This document shows positions 30,911 to 41,998 of a DNA stretch of 64,000 bases, one piece after another. Source of the DNA: an uncultured Nitrospina sp. (GTDB lineage: Bacteria; Nitrospinota; Nitrospinia; Nitrospinales; VA-1); the NCBI GenBank assembly GCA_937891765.1, contig CALAGQ010000047.1, positions 16,580-80,579 of the forward strand. The letters run 5' to 3'. Numbering within the stretch: position 1 is the stretch's first letter; each line of letters starts with the position of its first letter. The notes under the pieces are model-generated. The model searched no databases, was not told where the DNA came from, and saw nothing but the letters and a program-made list of their open reading frames with translations. A program made the position numbers and the translations under genes.

Positions 30911-31088
30911 AGGCCTATTTTAACATAGCCTCTTTCTGGCATTCCCGGCTAAACACGGAAAACCAAGGCATATTATCGATGTGCAATTATCTGCCAGAAT
31001 AATACAGCTATTTATAATAAATACAATAGGTTGTGAAAATCTTTGCTTTCACTGTTTTTTCCTATAATGTATAATTGTTTGCAGGATT

Positions 31089-31736
31089 ATGGGTTTAAAA
31101 AGGCGAATAATGAGTGACGAGAGACATTTCGGTTTTAAAAAAGCGCAAATTGAGAATTTTTTAAAAGAAGAATTTAAAAAAAAATTCAAGGGTAGCGCTA
31201 AGATTTCCCTGCGAAAAAGACAGAAATTTATAGGGGAGGTGACCCATAAGATCGCCAAGCGATTTGGCAAAGATGTCTTGGTGCTGATTGACTTCTCAAA
31301 AAATGGTTTTTGTACTGTAGTTTCCCCGGCCCAAACAGAATCAACCGAAAAAGGAAAACTGACTAAATCCTTTTCCCATCCTCAGGTATTTTATACTTCT
31401 CATTGTGTCGACCGTTTCAGCGAGAGAACGCAGTCCCTTGAAAATTGTGTTATCACGCTGGATGCATTTTTTAATGAGGCACTATCCACTTATGGAGAAA
31501 ATGAAGGGTTTCTGACTTGTCCAGACGGGGTTTTTGCTTATGAATTGATTGAAGACCGTTTGATTGTAAAAACTTATATTAATTTCGACCTTTTATCTGA
31601 CGACCAGATCAAGCAGTTTTATGGTTCGGGCATGATTTCCATGCTTCCCAGAGAATACACCACAGAGGATGTCTTCGGCGCAGATTTTATTCTTGCGGAT
31701 GAGCATGATGAGCTTTTAGGCAAACCTGGGGATTAA
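31089..31736 (+). CDS. Hypothetical protein
   Basis: 215-aa ORF; contains YTSHCVDRFSER; no confident family. Confidence 0.7.
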   Translation: MGLKRRIMSDERHFGFKKAQIENFLKEEFKKKFKGSAKISLRKRQKFIGEVTHKIAKRFGKDVLVLIDFSKNGFCTVVSPAQTESTEKGKLTKSFSHPQVFYTSHCVDRFSERTQSLENCVITLDAFFNEALSTYGENEGFLTCPDGVFAYELIEDRLIVKTYINFDLLSDDQIKQFYGSGMISMLPREYTTEDVFGADFILADEHDELLGKPGD

Positions 31737-31814
31737 AGCCTTTAGAACGACGCCGCATTTTTTGTTTCTTCATATTTTGCCACCTGAAATTTTCACCTCA
31801 CTTTTATTCAGAGC

Positions 31815-32471
31815 ATGATCCAATTATTCAATGTTATTAAAAAATATGGCAGTGGTAGTCCTGCACTGGATGACATTTCTCTTAAAATTGAAAGAGGAGA
31901 ATTTGTGTTTTTAACCGGTCCGAGTGGGGCGGGCAAAACGACCATACTGAAAGTTCTTTTCGGATGGGAGGATTTTGAAGAGGGACAGGTTTTGGTGCAG
32001 GGGATCAATGTTGGCAAGCTGAATGCCGGGAACATGCATACCTTGAGGCGATCCATTGGGGTGATTTTTCAGGACTATAAGCTTCTCACCAATAAAACAG
32101 TTTTTGAAAATGTCGCGTTTGCTCAGGAAGTCACAAATCGTGATCGAAAAACCATCAAATTTAAAACTTGGGAAGCCTTGAAGAATGTGGGCCTGACTCC
32201 CAAAAAAGATTCTTTCCCGCCCCAGCTTTCTGGCGGAGAGCAGCAACGTGTGGCCATTGCCCGGGCAATGGTGAACGCTCCTCCGATTATTTTGGCGGAT
32301 GAACCCACCGGTAATCTGGATCAGGAAATTTCCCTTGAGATTTTAAAGCTTTTTGAGGAACTGAATCGCAATGGGGCGACCATTGTATTTGCAACTCATA
32401 GTCAGGATATTTTGAAGCTGGGCAATCATAGAGTCATTGTTCTCAGTCGCGGAAAGGTTGTCTCATCGTGA
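31815..32471 (+). CDS. ftsE: Cell division ATP-binding protein FtsE
   Basis: [39 protein letters not shown]; followed by ftsX. Confidence 0.95.
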   Translation: MIQLFNVIKKYGSGSPALDDISLKIERGEFVFLTGPSGAGKTTILKVLFGWEDFEEGQVLVQGINVGKLNAGNMHTLRRSIGVIFQDYKLLTNKTVFENVAFAQEVTNRDRKTIKFKTWEALKNVGLTPKKDSFPPQLSGGEQQRVAIARAMVNAPPIILADEPTGNLDQEISLEILKLFEELNRNGATIVFATHSQDILKLGNHRVIVLSRGKVVSS

Positions 32472-33385
32472 ACTCGGCAATCCATGCATTGTTAATTGGT
32501 TTTCGGGCAACAATTGCGAATGTTCGCGCGAATGCGCAAACCTTCCTGATTTCTGTTGTGACCATTGCTATTTCGATAGGCATTTTGGGGCTTTTCCTTA
32601 TTATATTTTTTAATTTGAATGGTTTTTTGGCGAGTTGGAATCAGCAGGTTCAATTAATTACTTACTTGAAAGACGATATTTCTCCTGCCCAAAAAAATAA
32701 TCTGGAAGACTTGTTCAAAACGAATTCGAGAGTTCAATCTACGGAAGAAGTTAGCAAAGATCAAGCCTGGCAGGAATTCAGACTAAGCCAGGCTGAGAGA
32801 TCTGGTTTAGAGCTTGACCTGGGTTTTAACCCGTTACCGGCTTCTTACAAGATCCGTTTCAAGATGTCTGATAATCGCTTATTACATATCAGCGAATTTG
32901 CAGAACAAATCCAGAATGAGCCGGGTGTGGAATCTGTGGAGTATGGCAAGAGCTGGATCTCCCGTTTTGAAAAGTTTATGGTTTTCTGCCGGGTTTTCCT
33001 TATGGCGACAGGGGCTTTGCTAAGTTTTGGATTGATCCTTATTATTTCCAATACCATCCGTCTTTCCATTTATTCCCGGCAGGATGAGATTGAGTTGATG
33101 TTGTTGATCGGCGCAACCCCGCACTTTGTCAAGATTCCTTTTTTGATGGAAGGGATGTTGCAGGGATTATGTGGTTCTCTGCTTTCCTTAGGGTTGATGG
33201 GGGTTATCTATTATTACTTAAAGAGCGAGTTCCAAACTTCCATGGAGTCCATTGCAAGAGGAATGGACTTTCAATTTATCTCCGAGCCATTTTTATTGAT
33301 TCTTGTTGGGGCGAGTGTGTTGATTGGGCTGGTTGCCAGTTATATCTCAACCTATCAATATATGCAGGTTTTGAATAAAAGATGA
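32468..33385 (+). CDS. ftsX: Cell division permease FtsX
   Basis: NPLPAS, ISNTIRLSIYSRQDEI.LM.LIGAT..FVKIPF..EG. Confidence 0.95.
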   Translation: MNSAIHALLIGFRATIANVRANAQTFLISVVTIAISIGILGLFLIIFFNLNGFLASWNQQVQLITYLKDDISPAQKNNLEDLFKTNSRVQSTEEVSKDQAWQEFRLSQAERSGLELDLGFNPLPASYKIRFKMSDNRLLHISEFAEQIQNEPGVESVEYGKSWISRFEKFMVFCRVFLMATGALLSFGLILIISNTIRLSIYSRQDEIELMLLIGATPHFVKIPFLMEGMLQGLCGSLLSLGLMGVIYYYLKSEFQTSMESIARGMDFQFISEPFLLILVGASVLIGLVASYISTYQYMQVLNKR

Positions 33386-34581
33386 AGCGTAGACCCTTAT
33401 TCTTAGTGGTTTTTGTTTTAGCGGGGTTGTTTTTTGCTTCAACTGGATGGCCTGAAAAAATGATTGCTAAAAAGAAGAGTTCCAAGCAAATTAATGCGTT
33501 ATTGCAGGATGAACAAAAAGAATTAGAACGTCTGAGGAAAAAAATAGTCAGTCAAGACAAACTCATTTCTTCAGCAGGAAAAAAAGAAGGGCAAGTGCTA
33601 AGAAATCTGAGAAAGGTTGATAATCAAATAAAACTGAAGGAAAGAGAGCTCAAGATTCACCAGTGGAATTTTCTGATTAACAAAAAAAAACTGGCTAAGC
33701 TTGAAGAAAATCTTCGCACCAATGGGCAGAAGTTGAAAGCCCAGAAGCTGTTATTGGGAAAACGGTTTCGCCAGATTTATAAAGAGGGCCCGGCTTTTCC
33801 TCTTAGGGTTGCCTTTTCATCTGAAGATACAAGCGACTTTTTGCAGCGCCTCAAATATATGGAATTGATCGCTCAGCATGATACAAACCTGCTGGCTGAT
33901 TATAAGAATCAGCTTGAAGGCATGAAAACCGAGCGACAATCTCTTCTGTCTGTCAGAGCGAAGCTGGTGCGGCTGGAAAAAGATGCCTTGGGGAAGCGGG
34001 AGGAGTTTGAAAGTGCCAGGAAAGATAAAAATAAATATTTAAGGACAATTAAGAAAAAGAAGCAGTTTGGAATTCAAACTCGGAAGGAACTTCAAAAAGC
34101 TTCCAGTAATTTAAATCAGCTGATTGAAAAATTATTATCGAAGCTGGTATCCGGTGAAGGCCTTGACATTTTGGATAAAAAGGGCAGGTTGACTCTGCCA
34201 GTGAGGGGGAAAATTCTCAATAAATTCGGCAGGCAAAAAGATAAACAATATGGTTCGTTCATTGTGCATAATGGTATTGACATCAAAACCCGAGCCGGTA
34301 CGCCGGTGCGCTCGATTTTTAATGGCAAAGTTCTTTATACCGGCGAGCTTGAAGGCTACGGGAATCTGGTGATTATTGGACATGGAAAGGATTATCACTC
34401 TCTCTATGGTCATTTGGATAGCATTGACGCCAAGCCAAATCAGGTAGTCCAGAGTGGGGATATTATTGGTCGCAGTGGGGACACTGGGTCTCTCGTCGGG
34501 GAAACTCTTTATCTGGAAATGCGTGAAAAAGGCAAGCCTATTGAGCCCGTCCGCTGGTTCAAGACGGCTGCTATGAAATAG
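33382..34581 (+). CDS. envC: Murein hydrolase activator EnvC (coiled coil + M23)
   Basis: Signal peptide, long coiled coil, HNGIDI, GYGNLVII.HG, SLYGHL. Confidence 0.9.
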   Translation: MKRRPLFLVVFVLAGLFFASTGWPEKMIAKKKSSKQINALLQDEQKELERLRKKIVSQDKLISSAGKKEGQVLRNLRKVDNQIKLKERELKIHQWNFLINKKKLAKLEENLRTNGQKLKAQKLLLGKRFRQIYKEGPAFPLRVAFSSEDTSDFLQRLKYMELIAQHDTNLLADYKNQLEGMKTERQSLLSVRAKLVRLEKDALGKREEFESARKDKNKYLRTIKKKKQFGIQTRKELQKASSNLNQLIEKLLSKLVSGEGLDILDKKGRLTLPVRGKILNKFGRQKDKQYGSFIVHNGIDIKTRAGTPVRSIFNGKVLYTGELEGYGNLVIIGHGKDYHSLYGHLDSIDAKPNQVVQSGDIIGRSGDTGSLVGETLYLEMREKGKPIEPVRWFKTAAMK

Positions 34582-34669
34582 TGGGTCGTAGAGTTAAATT
34601 ATGGTTATGGATGCGCAGGGCCTGTAATTGATATATAATTGTTGTTTTACATCTTAGGGAGATACTACT

Positions 34670-36106
34670 TTGAATTTGTCACCGGTGGGTAAAGGAATAA
34701 AGGCCGGGGTTGCCCGGTTTCTGGTCATCGTTATGTTGGGAATGTTCCCCACACAGACTCTTTACGCAGAAGAAAATGTTGAAGAGCCTAAACCGGATAC
34801 TTATAACAAGCTCAAAGTGTTTTCTGAGATACTTTCCCTGATCGAATCCAATTATGTCGAGCCAGTTGAAAGCAACAACATGATTGATGGTGCCATCAAG
34901 GGAATGGTTAAAGCCCTTGATCCCCATACCAGCTATTTGCCTCCCGCGTCCTATAAGGAAATGCAGGTGGAGACAACCGGGAAGTTCGGTGGACTGGGGA
35001 TTGAGATCAGCCTTCGGGATGGTGTGCTGACCGTTGTTTCTCCGATAGAAGAAACCCCGGCTTTTAAGGTGGGTATTAAACCGGGCGATAAAATTATAAA
35101 AATAGAAGACGAATCAACCCTTGATATGACGCTTCAGGATGCGGTCTCTCGTCTCAGGGGGGAAACCGGATCGCCCGTGACTATCACGATTTTCAGGGAA
35201 TCTTTCAAGGCTCCGAAGGAATTCACCATTGTCCGGGATGTTATTAAAGTCCGCAGTGTTGTCAAAAAACTCTATAAGAAGGACATTGGTTATATCAAAA
35301 TCCGCAGTTTTTCAAAAAACACCAGTGTGGATCTGGATAAAGCCCTCGACGACCTCAGTAAAGAGGGCATCACTAAATTGATCCTTGATCTCAGGAACAA
35401 TCCGGGTGGACTGTTGAATCAGGCTGTTGAAGTGACGGATCGATTTTTGAACCGGGAAAAGCTGATCGTCTATACCAAAGGTCGTTCGGATGAGCAGAAT
35501 ATGCGCTTCACCAGCCATGATAAGGTGGCAGGCGTTTCTTATCCTCTAATCATTATGGTGAATGGCGGTAGCGCAAGTGCCTCGGAAATCGTGGCGGGAG
35601 CTTTGCAGGATTTGAATCGGGCCGTTATTCTGGGCACGCAAACTTTCGGCAAGGGGTCTGTTCAAACCATCATACCACTGAGCGATGGGTCTGCCCTGCG
35701 GTTGACCACTGCCCGTTACTACACTCCCAGTGGTCGGGTGATTCAGGAAAATGGCATTGAGCCGGATATCATTATTGAAAGAACAGCCGTCGAGGATTTG
35801 GAAAAGGAAGGCGAAAAGGAAGAAGAACCCAAAGAAAAAACCCGCCTGCGAAGGTTTTTGCGTGAAAAGGATTTAAAGAAACATTTGAAGGGTAAGAGCA
35901 GTATTGGTGATGTCGAGCAAGAAAGCGAAGTGGAAAGCACCGAGAAGGAAGAAATTGCTGAAAACATCGCCAATGAAGACCTGTTGAAGGACAACCAATT
36001 GGAACAGGCAGTTTCTCTGCTCTCGGGCTGGGAAGTTATGAAAAAAATGTTTAAAAATTTACAGGTACCCACTCCCGGCCCTGATAGCCAAATCAGTATG
36101 AAATAA
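34670..36106 (+). CDS. ctpA: Carboxy-terminal processing protease, S41 family
   Basis: LDPHT, PDZ GGLGI, DLRNNPGG, SASASEIVAGALQD, TFGKGSVQ. Confidence 0.95.
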   Translation: MNLSPVGKGIKAGVARFLVIVMLGMFPTQTLYAEENVEEPKPDTYNKLKVFSEILSLIESNYVEPVESNNMIDGAIKGMVKALDPHTSYLPPASYKEMQVETTGKFGGLGIEISLRDGVLTVVSPIEETPAFKVGIKPGDKIIKIEDESTLDMTLQDAVSRLRGETGSPVTITIFRESFKAPKEFTIVRDVIKVRSVVKKLYKKDIGYIKIRSFSKNTSVDLDKALDDLSKEGITKLILDLRNNPGGLLNQAVEVTDRFLNREKLIVYTKGRSDEQNMRFTSHDKVAGVSYPLIIMVNGGSASASEIVAGALQDLNRAVILGTQTFGKGSVQTIIPLSDGSALRLTTARYYTPSGRVIQENGIEPDIIIERTAVEDLEKEGEKEEEPKEKTRLRRFLREKDLKKHLKGKSSIGDVEQESEVESTEKEEIAENIANEDLLKDNQLEQAVSLLSGWEVMKKMFKNLQVPTPGPDSQISMK

Positions 36107-36158
36107 AGTTTGTTTTTTTCTCTGATTTCAGGCGATCACATTTTATTGATTCCCACCC

Positions 36159-37172
36159 ATGCTTGTTCTTGGTCTAGAAACTTCCTGCGATGAAACTGCT
36201 GCCGCTGTCTTGAAAGACGGCGATACGCTTTTATCCAATATCATCAATGACCAGAATGATATCCATTCTGAGTATGGAGGGATCGTTCCTGAGCTGGCGG
36301 GGCGTTCTCATAACGAACGGGTGCACCGGGTTATTAAGGAGGCTGTGGCTGAGGCTGGTGTGCAGTTACGGGATATCGATCTCATCGCCGTCACGATAGG
36401 GCCTGGATTGATTGGCTCATTATTGGTGGGTCTGAATACTGCAAAAGGACTTTCATACGGTTTGAAAACTCCTATGATCGGGGTGAACCATTTGGAAGGC
36501 CATCTTCTTGCCATCTTTCTGCAGAAAAAAATAGAGTTTCCTTTCATTGCGCTGGTTGTTTCCGGTGGGCATACCGACCTGTACCGGGTTTCTGATTTTG
36601 GAAAATATAAATTGCTGGGACGGACTCGTGATGATGCGGCGGGGGAGTCTTTTGACAAGGTAGGAAAAATGTTGGGTCTGCCTTATCCTGGAGGACCGGC
36701 CATTGAGAAGTTAGCGCGGAAAGGAAACGCTAAAGCTCATAAATTCCCGCGCGCCTATCTCGAAAAAGCTTCTCTGGATTTTAGTTTCAGCGGATTGAAA
36801 ACCTCGGTCCGGACCTTTCTGCAGCAAAGAGAGCAGGGCAGCCCCATAACCCTGACGGATGAAGATATTTCAGCATGCTTTCAGAATGCGGTTCTTGATG
36901 TTCTAGTCGATAAGATTATTAGCGCCTGCAAGAAAGAGAAACTAACGCGAATCGTCGTGACCGGTGGTGTGGCCTCAAACAGTGCCTTGCGCCTGGCGGT
37001 ACAAAAAGAGGCGCAAGTTTGGGGATTCGAAGCCTCTTTTCCTGATCCAATATTTTGCACCGATAATGCCGCGATGATTGCCTGTGCCGGGTATCATAAG
37101 TTTTCCCAGGATCAAAGTTCGTCGACTGACTTTATGGTGTTGGATGCAAAAGCGGGTCTTTCGGTAGAATAA
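36159..37172 (+). CDS. tsaD: tRNA N6-adenosine threonylcarbamoyltransferase
   Basis: LGLETSCDET, GGIVPELA, NHLEGH, VSGGHT, DDAAGESFDK, CTDNAAMIA. Confidence 0.97.
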   Translation: MLVLGLETSCDETAAAVLKDGDTLLSNIINDQNDIHSEYGGIVPELAGRSHNERVHRVIKEAVAEAGVQLRDIDLIAVTIGPGLIGSLLVGLNTAKGLSYGLKTPMIGVNHLEGHLLAIFLQKKIEFPFIALVVSGGHTDLYRVSDFGKYKLLGRTRDDAAGESFDKVGKMLGLPYPGGPAIEKLARKGNAKAHKFPRAYLEKASLDFSFSGLKTSVRTFLQQREQGSPITLTDEDISACFQNAVLDVLVDKIISACKKEKLTRIVVTGGVASNSALRLAVQKEAQVWGFEASFPDPIFCTDNAAMIACAGYHKFSQDQSSSTDFMVLDAKAGLSVE

Positions 37173-37196
37173 GACGCGGTCATAAAGGAAAATAGT

Positions 37197-38192
37197 ATGC
37201 GGGCTCTGGTTACAGGTGGAGGCGGGTTTCTTGGGGGCGGCATCGCTCAATCTCTCTGCGAAAAAAATCATGACGTTAAAGTTTTGGGTCGACGTCACTA
37301 TTCTCATCTTCCTAAAGCCATCAAATTATGTCAGGGCGATATTCGGGACTTTGATTTCCTTCGCAAGGAGTTTGCGGGCGTGGAAGTTGTATTTCACACT
37401 GCCGCTTTTCCCGGCATTTGGGGCCGGGCAGAGGATTTTTACAGCATCAATGTTGATGGAACCCGTAATGTGATTAAGGCCTGCCTGCTTAACGGCGTGC
37501 AAAAGCTTGTGTTCACCAGTTCTCCCAGTGTCATCTATGGGGACTCAAGTCTTGAAGGCGTGGATGAAACGGCTCCCTACCCAGAGAATTATTTGTGTGA
37601 GTATTCCCGCACCAAGGCGCTTGCCGAAAAACTCGTGACCGAAGCTAATAGTGCATATCTGGCCACGGTATCCATCAGGCCGCATCTCATCTGGGGGCCG
37701 GGAGACCCGCATTTGGTTCCCAGAATTTTAGCAAAAGCCGATAAGGGTCGGTTGCTGCGAGTGGGGCCCGGAGAAAACAAAGTGGATATTATTTATATCG
37801 ACAATGCTGTGTCCGCACACCTCAAAGCCTGTGATGCGTTGGGGGTAGGAAAGCCTCCAGCTGGGAAAGTTTATTTTATCAGCGATGGCGAACCGGTAAA
37901 TTTGTGGAACTGGATCAATGAATTGCTTAAAAAAACAGGCAGGCCTCCTGTCACCCGCAGTATCTCTTACCGAATCGCATTAAAGCTGGGTCATTTGTTG
38001 GAACGAGCATACAATTTTTTAGGGATTAAACAAGAACCTCCTATGACCCGGTTTCTGGCATCACAGTTGGCAACCTCTCATTATTTTAATATTTCCCAGG
38101 CTAAAAATGATTTTGGCTATGAACCGGTGGTGAGTCCTGAGGAGGGAATGAACCGACTCATTCAGTCTCTGTTGGTTCCCCAAGAATGTTGA
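37197..38192 (+). CDS. 3-beta-hydroxysteroid dehydrogenase/OleD-like extended SDR
   Basis: VTGGGGFLG, FTSSPSV, YSRTKALAE, RPHLIWGPGD. Confidence 0.88.
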   Translation: MRALVTGGGGFLGGGIAQSLCEKNHDVKVLGRRHYSHLPKAIKLCQGDIRDFDFLRKEFAGVEVVFHTAAFPGIWGRAEDFYSINVDGTRNVIKACLLNGVQKLVFTSSPSVIYGDSSLEGVDETAPYPENYLCEYSRTKALAEKLVTEANSAYLATVSIRPHLIWGPGDPHLVPRILAKADKGRLLRVGPGENKVDIIYIDNAVSAHLKACDALGVGKPPAGKVYFISDGEPVNLWNWINELLKKTGRPPVTRSISYRIALKLGHLLERAYNFLGIKQEPPMTRFLASQLATSHYFNISQAKNDFGYEPVVSPEEGMNRLIQSLLVPQEC

Positions 38193-38928
38193 TGCGGTGG
38201 GCCATGCAACCGGCGCCAAATCCGTTGTCGATATTCACGACAGCTATTCCAGTCGCGCAACTGTTTAGCATAGTGAGAAGGGCGGCGACGCCACCAAAGG
38301 ACGACCCATAACCGATACTGGTGGGTACTGCTATGATGGGTTTGTCCACCAGGCCCCCGACCACACTTGCCAGGGCTCCTTCCATTCCCGCCACAACAAT
38401 TACGACTCGCGCTTTCCTGATTTGCTCGAGATTGTTGAAGAGGCGGTGAATCCCTGCGACTCCCACATCAAAAAGGGTTTCTGTTTTGCTTCCCAACAAT
38501 CGAGCTGTGACGGAAGCCTCTTCTGCAATAGGGATGTCTGAGGTCCCTGCGCTGATGATGGTGATCAAACCGCTTTTTTTCCCGGACTTTTTTTTTTCAA
38601 TGACCAGGGTCTGCGCGGCTTCATTGTATTCAGAATTTTTAGGCAGAAAAGATTTTAATTTCTGAAAAATTTCTTTGGATAACTTGGTCGCCAGAACAGA
38701 GTGGCCGGCGCGATTCATACTCTGGATAATTTTCTTTATTTGAGCCACGGTTTTCCCCGGACAATAAATGACTTCGGGCATGCCGCTTCGCAGTTCGCGA
38801 TGATGGTCAACCTTGGCGAAATCCAAGTTTTCAAAGGGCAGGGTTTCAAGCTTTTTCATGGCCTGCTGGGGAGTTAGTTTTTGCTTGTGCAGGTCATTCA
38901 ATAATTTTTTCAAATCCGCGGGGTTCAT
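38158..38928 (-). CDS. larB: Nickel-pincer cofactor biosynthesis carboxylase LarB
   Basis: AKVDHHR..R.G.PEVI, AGTSD.PIAEEA, DVGVAGIHRL, AGMEGAL, VVNIDNGFGA. Confidence 0.93.
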   Translation of the reverse strand: MNPADLKKLLNDLHKQKLTPQQAMKKLETLPFENLDFAKVDHHRELRSGMPEVIYCPGKTVAQIKKIIQSMNRAGHSVLATKLSKEIFQKLKSFLPKNSEYNEAAQTLVIEKKKSGKKSGLITIISAGTSDIPIAEEASVTARLLGSKTETLFDVGVAGIHRLFNNLEQIRKARVVIVVAGMEGALASVVGGLVDKPIIAVPTSIGYGSSFGGVAALLTMLNSCATGIAVVNIDNGFGAGCMAHRINILGEPTETE

Positions 38929-39941
38929 TCCAAACCCTTTATGCCGGCAAACTCGGTGGATATTTCAACTTTCATCAAGTCTTCCAAAGCCTGAGCGGGC
39001 GATTTGTTTTCATGAAGAACGCGGTAGGTCTCCTCCATGATTGACGCCTGGACGTTGAATTTCTTTATCAGGGAATAAGCCGATTTCACCGTCAAGACAC
39101 CTTCGGCGACCATTTTCATGTTCTCCGTAATTTCTTGCAGGGATTTACCTTGCCCCAGTTGGACTCCCAGTTGCCGGTTGCGGCTCAAGTCTCCGGTGCA
39201 AGTGAGTACAAGGTCTCCAAGACCCGTCAGGCCATAAAAGGTTTCCGGTTTGGCTCCGAGCTTCGTTCCAATCCGGCTGATCTCGACCAGTCCGCGGGTG
39301 ATCAGAGCGGCCCGGGTGTTGAATCCCAAACCCAGTCCATCGGAAATTCCCGTGGCGATAGCGATGACATTTTTCAAAGCACCGCCAATCTCCACTCCTA
39401 CTAAATCGTCGTTGGCAAACACTTTCATTTTATCGGTAGTGAAAAGCTCTTGAACTTGTCTTGCCGTTTCTAGGTTTGCTGCCGAGGCCAACAAGGCGGA
39501 AGGGACACCCTCGGCGACTTCCTTGGCAAACGTCGGGCCGGAAATGGTGGCGGTGGAAACATTTGCACCTAAAACATCCTGAATGATCTGATGGCTGGTG
39601 AAAAGGGTGTCGTTTTCTATTCCCTTACTGGCGCTGATGATGAGGCAGTCCTTTGGAATGAAAGGCTTGAGTTGCGTCAGAGTCTGGCGGATCACATGAG
39701 TAGGAACCACCAGCAGGATCAAGGACGACTGTCCGGCAGTTTGTAAAGATGAAGTAGGGTGGATATTTTCTGGTAAAGGGTGCCGCGGTAAAAACCAGAC
39801 GTTTTCCCGGCTATCGGTCATGGCCTCACACAATTCTTTTTCATACACCCAAAGAGATATATGGCGAAAATTGCTGGCTAGATGAATGGCTAATGCAGTT
39901 CCCCAACTCCCTGCGCCGATGATGGAAATTTTTTCATGCAT
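38925..39941 (-). CDS. gpsA: NAD(P)H-dependent glycerol-3-phosphate dehydrogenase
   Basis: GAGSWGTALA, SGPTFA.EV, GGALKNVIAIA.G, GLGDLVLTC..SRN. Confidence 0.97.
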   Translation of the reverse strand: MHEKISIIGAGSWGTALAIHLASNFRHISLWVYEKELCEAMTDSRENVWFLPRHPLPENIHPTSSLQTAGQSSLILLVVPTHVIRQTLTQLKPFIPKDCLIISASKGIENDTLFTSHQIIQDVLGANVSTATISGPTFAKEVAEGVPSALLASAANLETARQVQELFTTDKMKVFANDDLVGVEIGGALKNVIAIATGISDGLGLGFNTRAALITRGLVEISRIGTKLGAKPETFYGLTGLGDLVLTCTGDLSRNRQLGVQLGQGKSLQEITENMKMVAEGVLTVKSAYSLIKKFNVQASIMEETYRVLHENKSPAQALEDLMKVEISTEFAGIKGLE

Positions 39942-40126
39942 AGGTTAAAGCCCTTTTAACAAGATATCTCAGGCATTATAGCGAATTCAGCCTTGTATTG
40001 CTGAGAGAAATGGCTTGTTTGGGGTTTGCCTTTATGATTAAATGAAGTCATCAATATATAATCCAAATATAATCTAAGTTGATCGTTAATTTTTAAATAT
40101 TCCTCTATTACATCAAGGTTCACCTC

Positions 40127-40795
40127 ATGGCCAAGCGTTTAAAAGTCAGCCGAAAAGACTTATTTAAGGAAGAAGATCAATTTTTATCCGCCTCTGAAAA
40201 AGCCATGATTTTCTTTTTGGCCAACCGTTCTGCCGTTATTGGTGGGATCGTTTCCATCATCGTGGTGGGTTCTTCTTTCTTAGGCTTCAGATATTATCAG
40301 GACGCGCAGGCCATGAAGAATGAGGCGTTCTATTTTGAAATGGTGAAAATTGTTGACACTTCCAGTAGCCCCGCTTCTGACGCGAAACTGGTCTGGGGAA
40401 AAATGGGAGATAGTCCGCAAAAAGAACGGGCGTCATTATTATTGGGCGATGTCCATTTTGAAAACCAGGAGTACGATAAAGCCGAGGCGCTTTACTCAGC
40501 GGTGTTGAGTCATTCCTCCTCGGATCAAATCAATCACCAGCTGGCACAGGTTGGGTTGGCGTACAGCTATGAGTCCAGAAAAGACTATAAAAAGGCTATT
40601 GGTTTGTTTAAATCGATCATCGACGCAAATACAGGTTTCCCCTTGTTCGAAGTATATTTGAGCCTTGCAAAATGCCATGAGTTGAATAGCGATGTGTCCA
40701 ACGCATTGCTGATTTTAAGAGAAATACAGATGAAGTTTTCCGAAAATCCAAACCTGGATAAAATTGAAGACCGCATCAAACAGCTTTCTGCCTGA
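40127..40795 (+). CDS. YfgM-like TPR membrane protein
   Basis: Basic N-terminus, ED.F motif, single TM, TPR helices. Confidence 0.7.
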   Translation: MAKRLKVSRKDLFKEEDQFLSASEKAMIFFLANRSAVIGGIVSIIVVGSSFLGFRYYQDAQAMKNEAFYFEMVKIVDTSSSPASDAKLVWGKMGDSPQKERASLLLGDVHFENQEYDKAEALYSAVLSHSSSDQINHQLAQVGLAYSYESRKDYKKAIGLFKSIIDANTGFPLFEVYLSLAKCHELNSDVSNALLILREIQMKFSENPNLDKIEDRIKQLSA

Positions 40796-40913
40796 TTGTC
40801 TAACGGTCCACTCGCCGTGGGCACAATGAGCAAGAACTTGTTAGGCTCGTAGGAAAAGCTTTGGATAGCAAAAAGCTATTGCTATTCTCCAACGAAGGTT
40901 CTCCGCGACTTTT

Positions 40914-41984
40914 ATGCCGAAAATATCTAGAAATTTCATATTTGCTCCCCTTTTGGCTCTCCTTGTTTTATTCTACCCGGTTGATACTCTTTCCGTCCCC
41001 TTCATTTCTCAGGAAACAGAATTGGCCATGGGCAAGGGTGCCGATCAGCAAATCACACAGCAATACGGGATTTATCAAGATAAGGAACTCCAGCTATACG
41101 TCAACCGAATAGGGCAGAAACTTGTCTCTAAACTTTCTGACAGGGTTTTTTCGAGTTACTATTTTCGCATTGTGGACAGTTCGGATATCAACGCATTTGC
41201 TTTGCCCGGCGGCTATGTCTATGTGACTCTTGGCCTCATGGCCATGGTGAACAGCGAGGCAGAACTTGCCGGAATTTTAGGGCATGAGATTGGACACATC
41301 ATATTTCATCATGGTGCCAAGCAGATGGTACGGAGTATAGGTTCGCAGATTTTAGCCCTGGGAGGAGCGATTGCAAGTCCGAAGAACGCGGGGCAATGGT
41401 TGACGGTCAGCACAGCCATGTTCCAGCAAATCAATATGGGATATGGCCGGGAGGCAGAAATTGAGTCGGACGAACATGGGATATTGAATGGTATGGAAGC
41501 AGGGTACAGTCCGTTTGGGATGTCCGGGTTCCTAAAAAGCCTTAGGCGCAAGGAGATCATGTCCGGTCAATCCTATCACGCTTTTCAAGCGAGCCATCCA
41601 GATACCCGTGATCGGATTGTCAAAGCCGGACTTTTAGCCGGACGCATGAGCGATGAGCCGGAGAGCGTGAACAGCTATCGCGAGCGATATTTAAATCAAA
41701 TTCGCGGTTTGAAATATGAAGGACAAAAACATGGTGAGGATAGAAAACGTCACAAGCCTCAGTATATTGATATCTATGAAGTAAGAAAAGGCGACACGTT
41801 CCAGAGTATTGCGGAAAAAGAGTTGGGGAACAAGCGCGAGGATCTGGATATCTCTGTCATGAATGGACGAAAAGAATCCAGCCAACCCAAACCCGGCGAG
41901 TTATTGAAGATAGTGAGAAACGGAAAATTTAAAAAAGACAAATTTCTTCATATCAAACCTGACTCCACACCTGACCCGAAATAA
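40914..41984 (+). CDS. M48 metallopeptidase (BepA-like) with C-terminal LysM
   Basis: INAFALPGG, HEIGH, YGREAE.ESD, SHP; YEVRKGDTFQSIA. Confidence 0.88.
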   Translation: MPKISRNFIFAPLLALLVLFYPVDTLSVPFISQETELAMGKGADQQITQQYGIYQDKELQLYVNRIGQKLVSKLSDRVFSSYYFRIVDSSDINAFALPGGYVYVTLGLMAMVNSEAELAGILGHEIGHIIFHHGAKQMVRSIGSQILALGGAIASPKNAGQWLTVSTAMFQQINMGYGREAEIESDEHGILNGMEAGYSPFGMSGFLKSLRRKEIMSGQSYHAFQASHPDTRDRIVKAGLLAGRMSDEPESVNSYRERYLNQIRGLKYEGQKHGEDRKRHKPQYIDIYEVRKGDTFQSIAEKELGNKREDLDISVMNGRKESSQPKPGELLKIVRNGKFKKDKFLHIKPDSTPDPK

Positions 41985-41998
41985 AACGAGCATTTATC

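Noticed and set aside
37197..38192. Olefin (ole) biosynthesis cluster
   Set aside because: Only an OleD-like SDR is present; no oleA, oleB or oleC in the window
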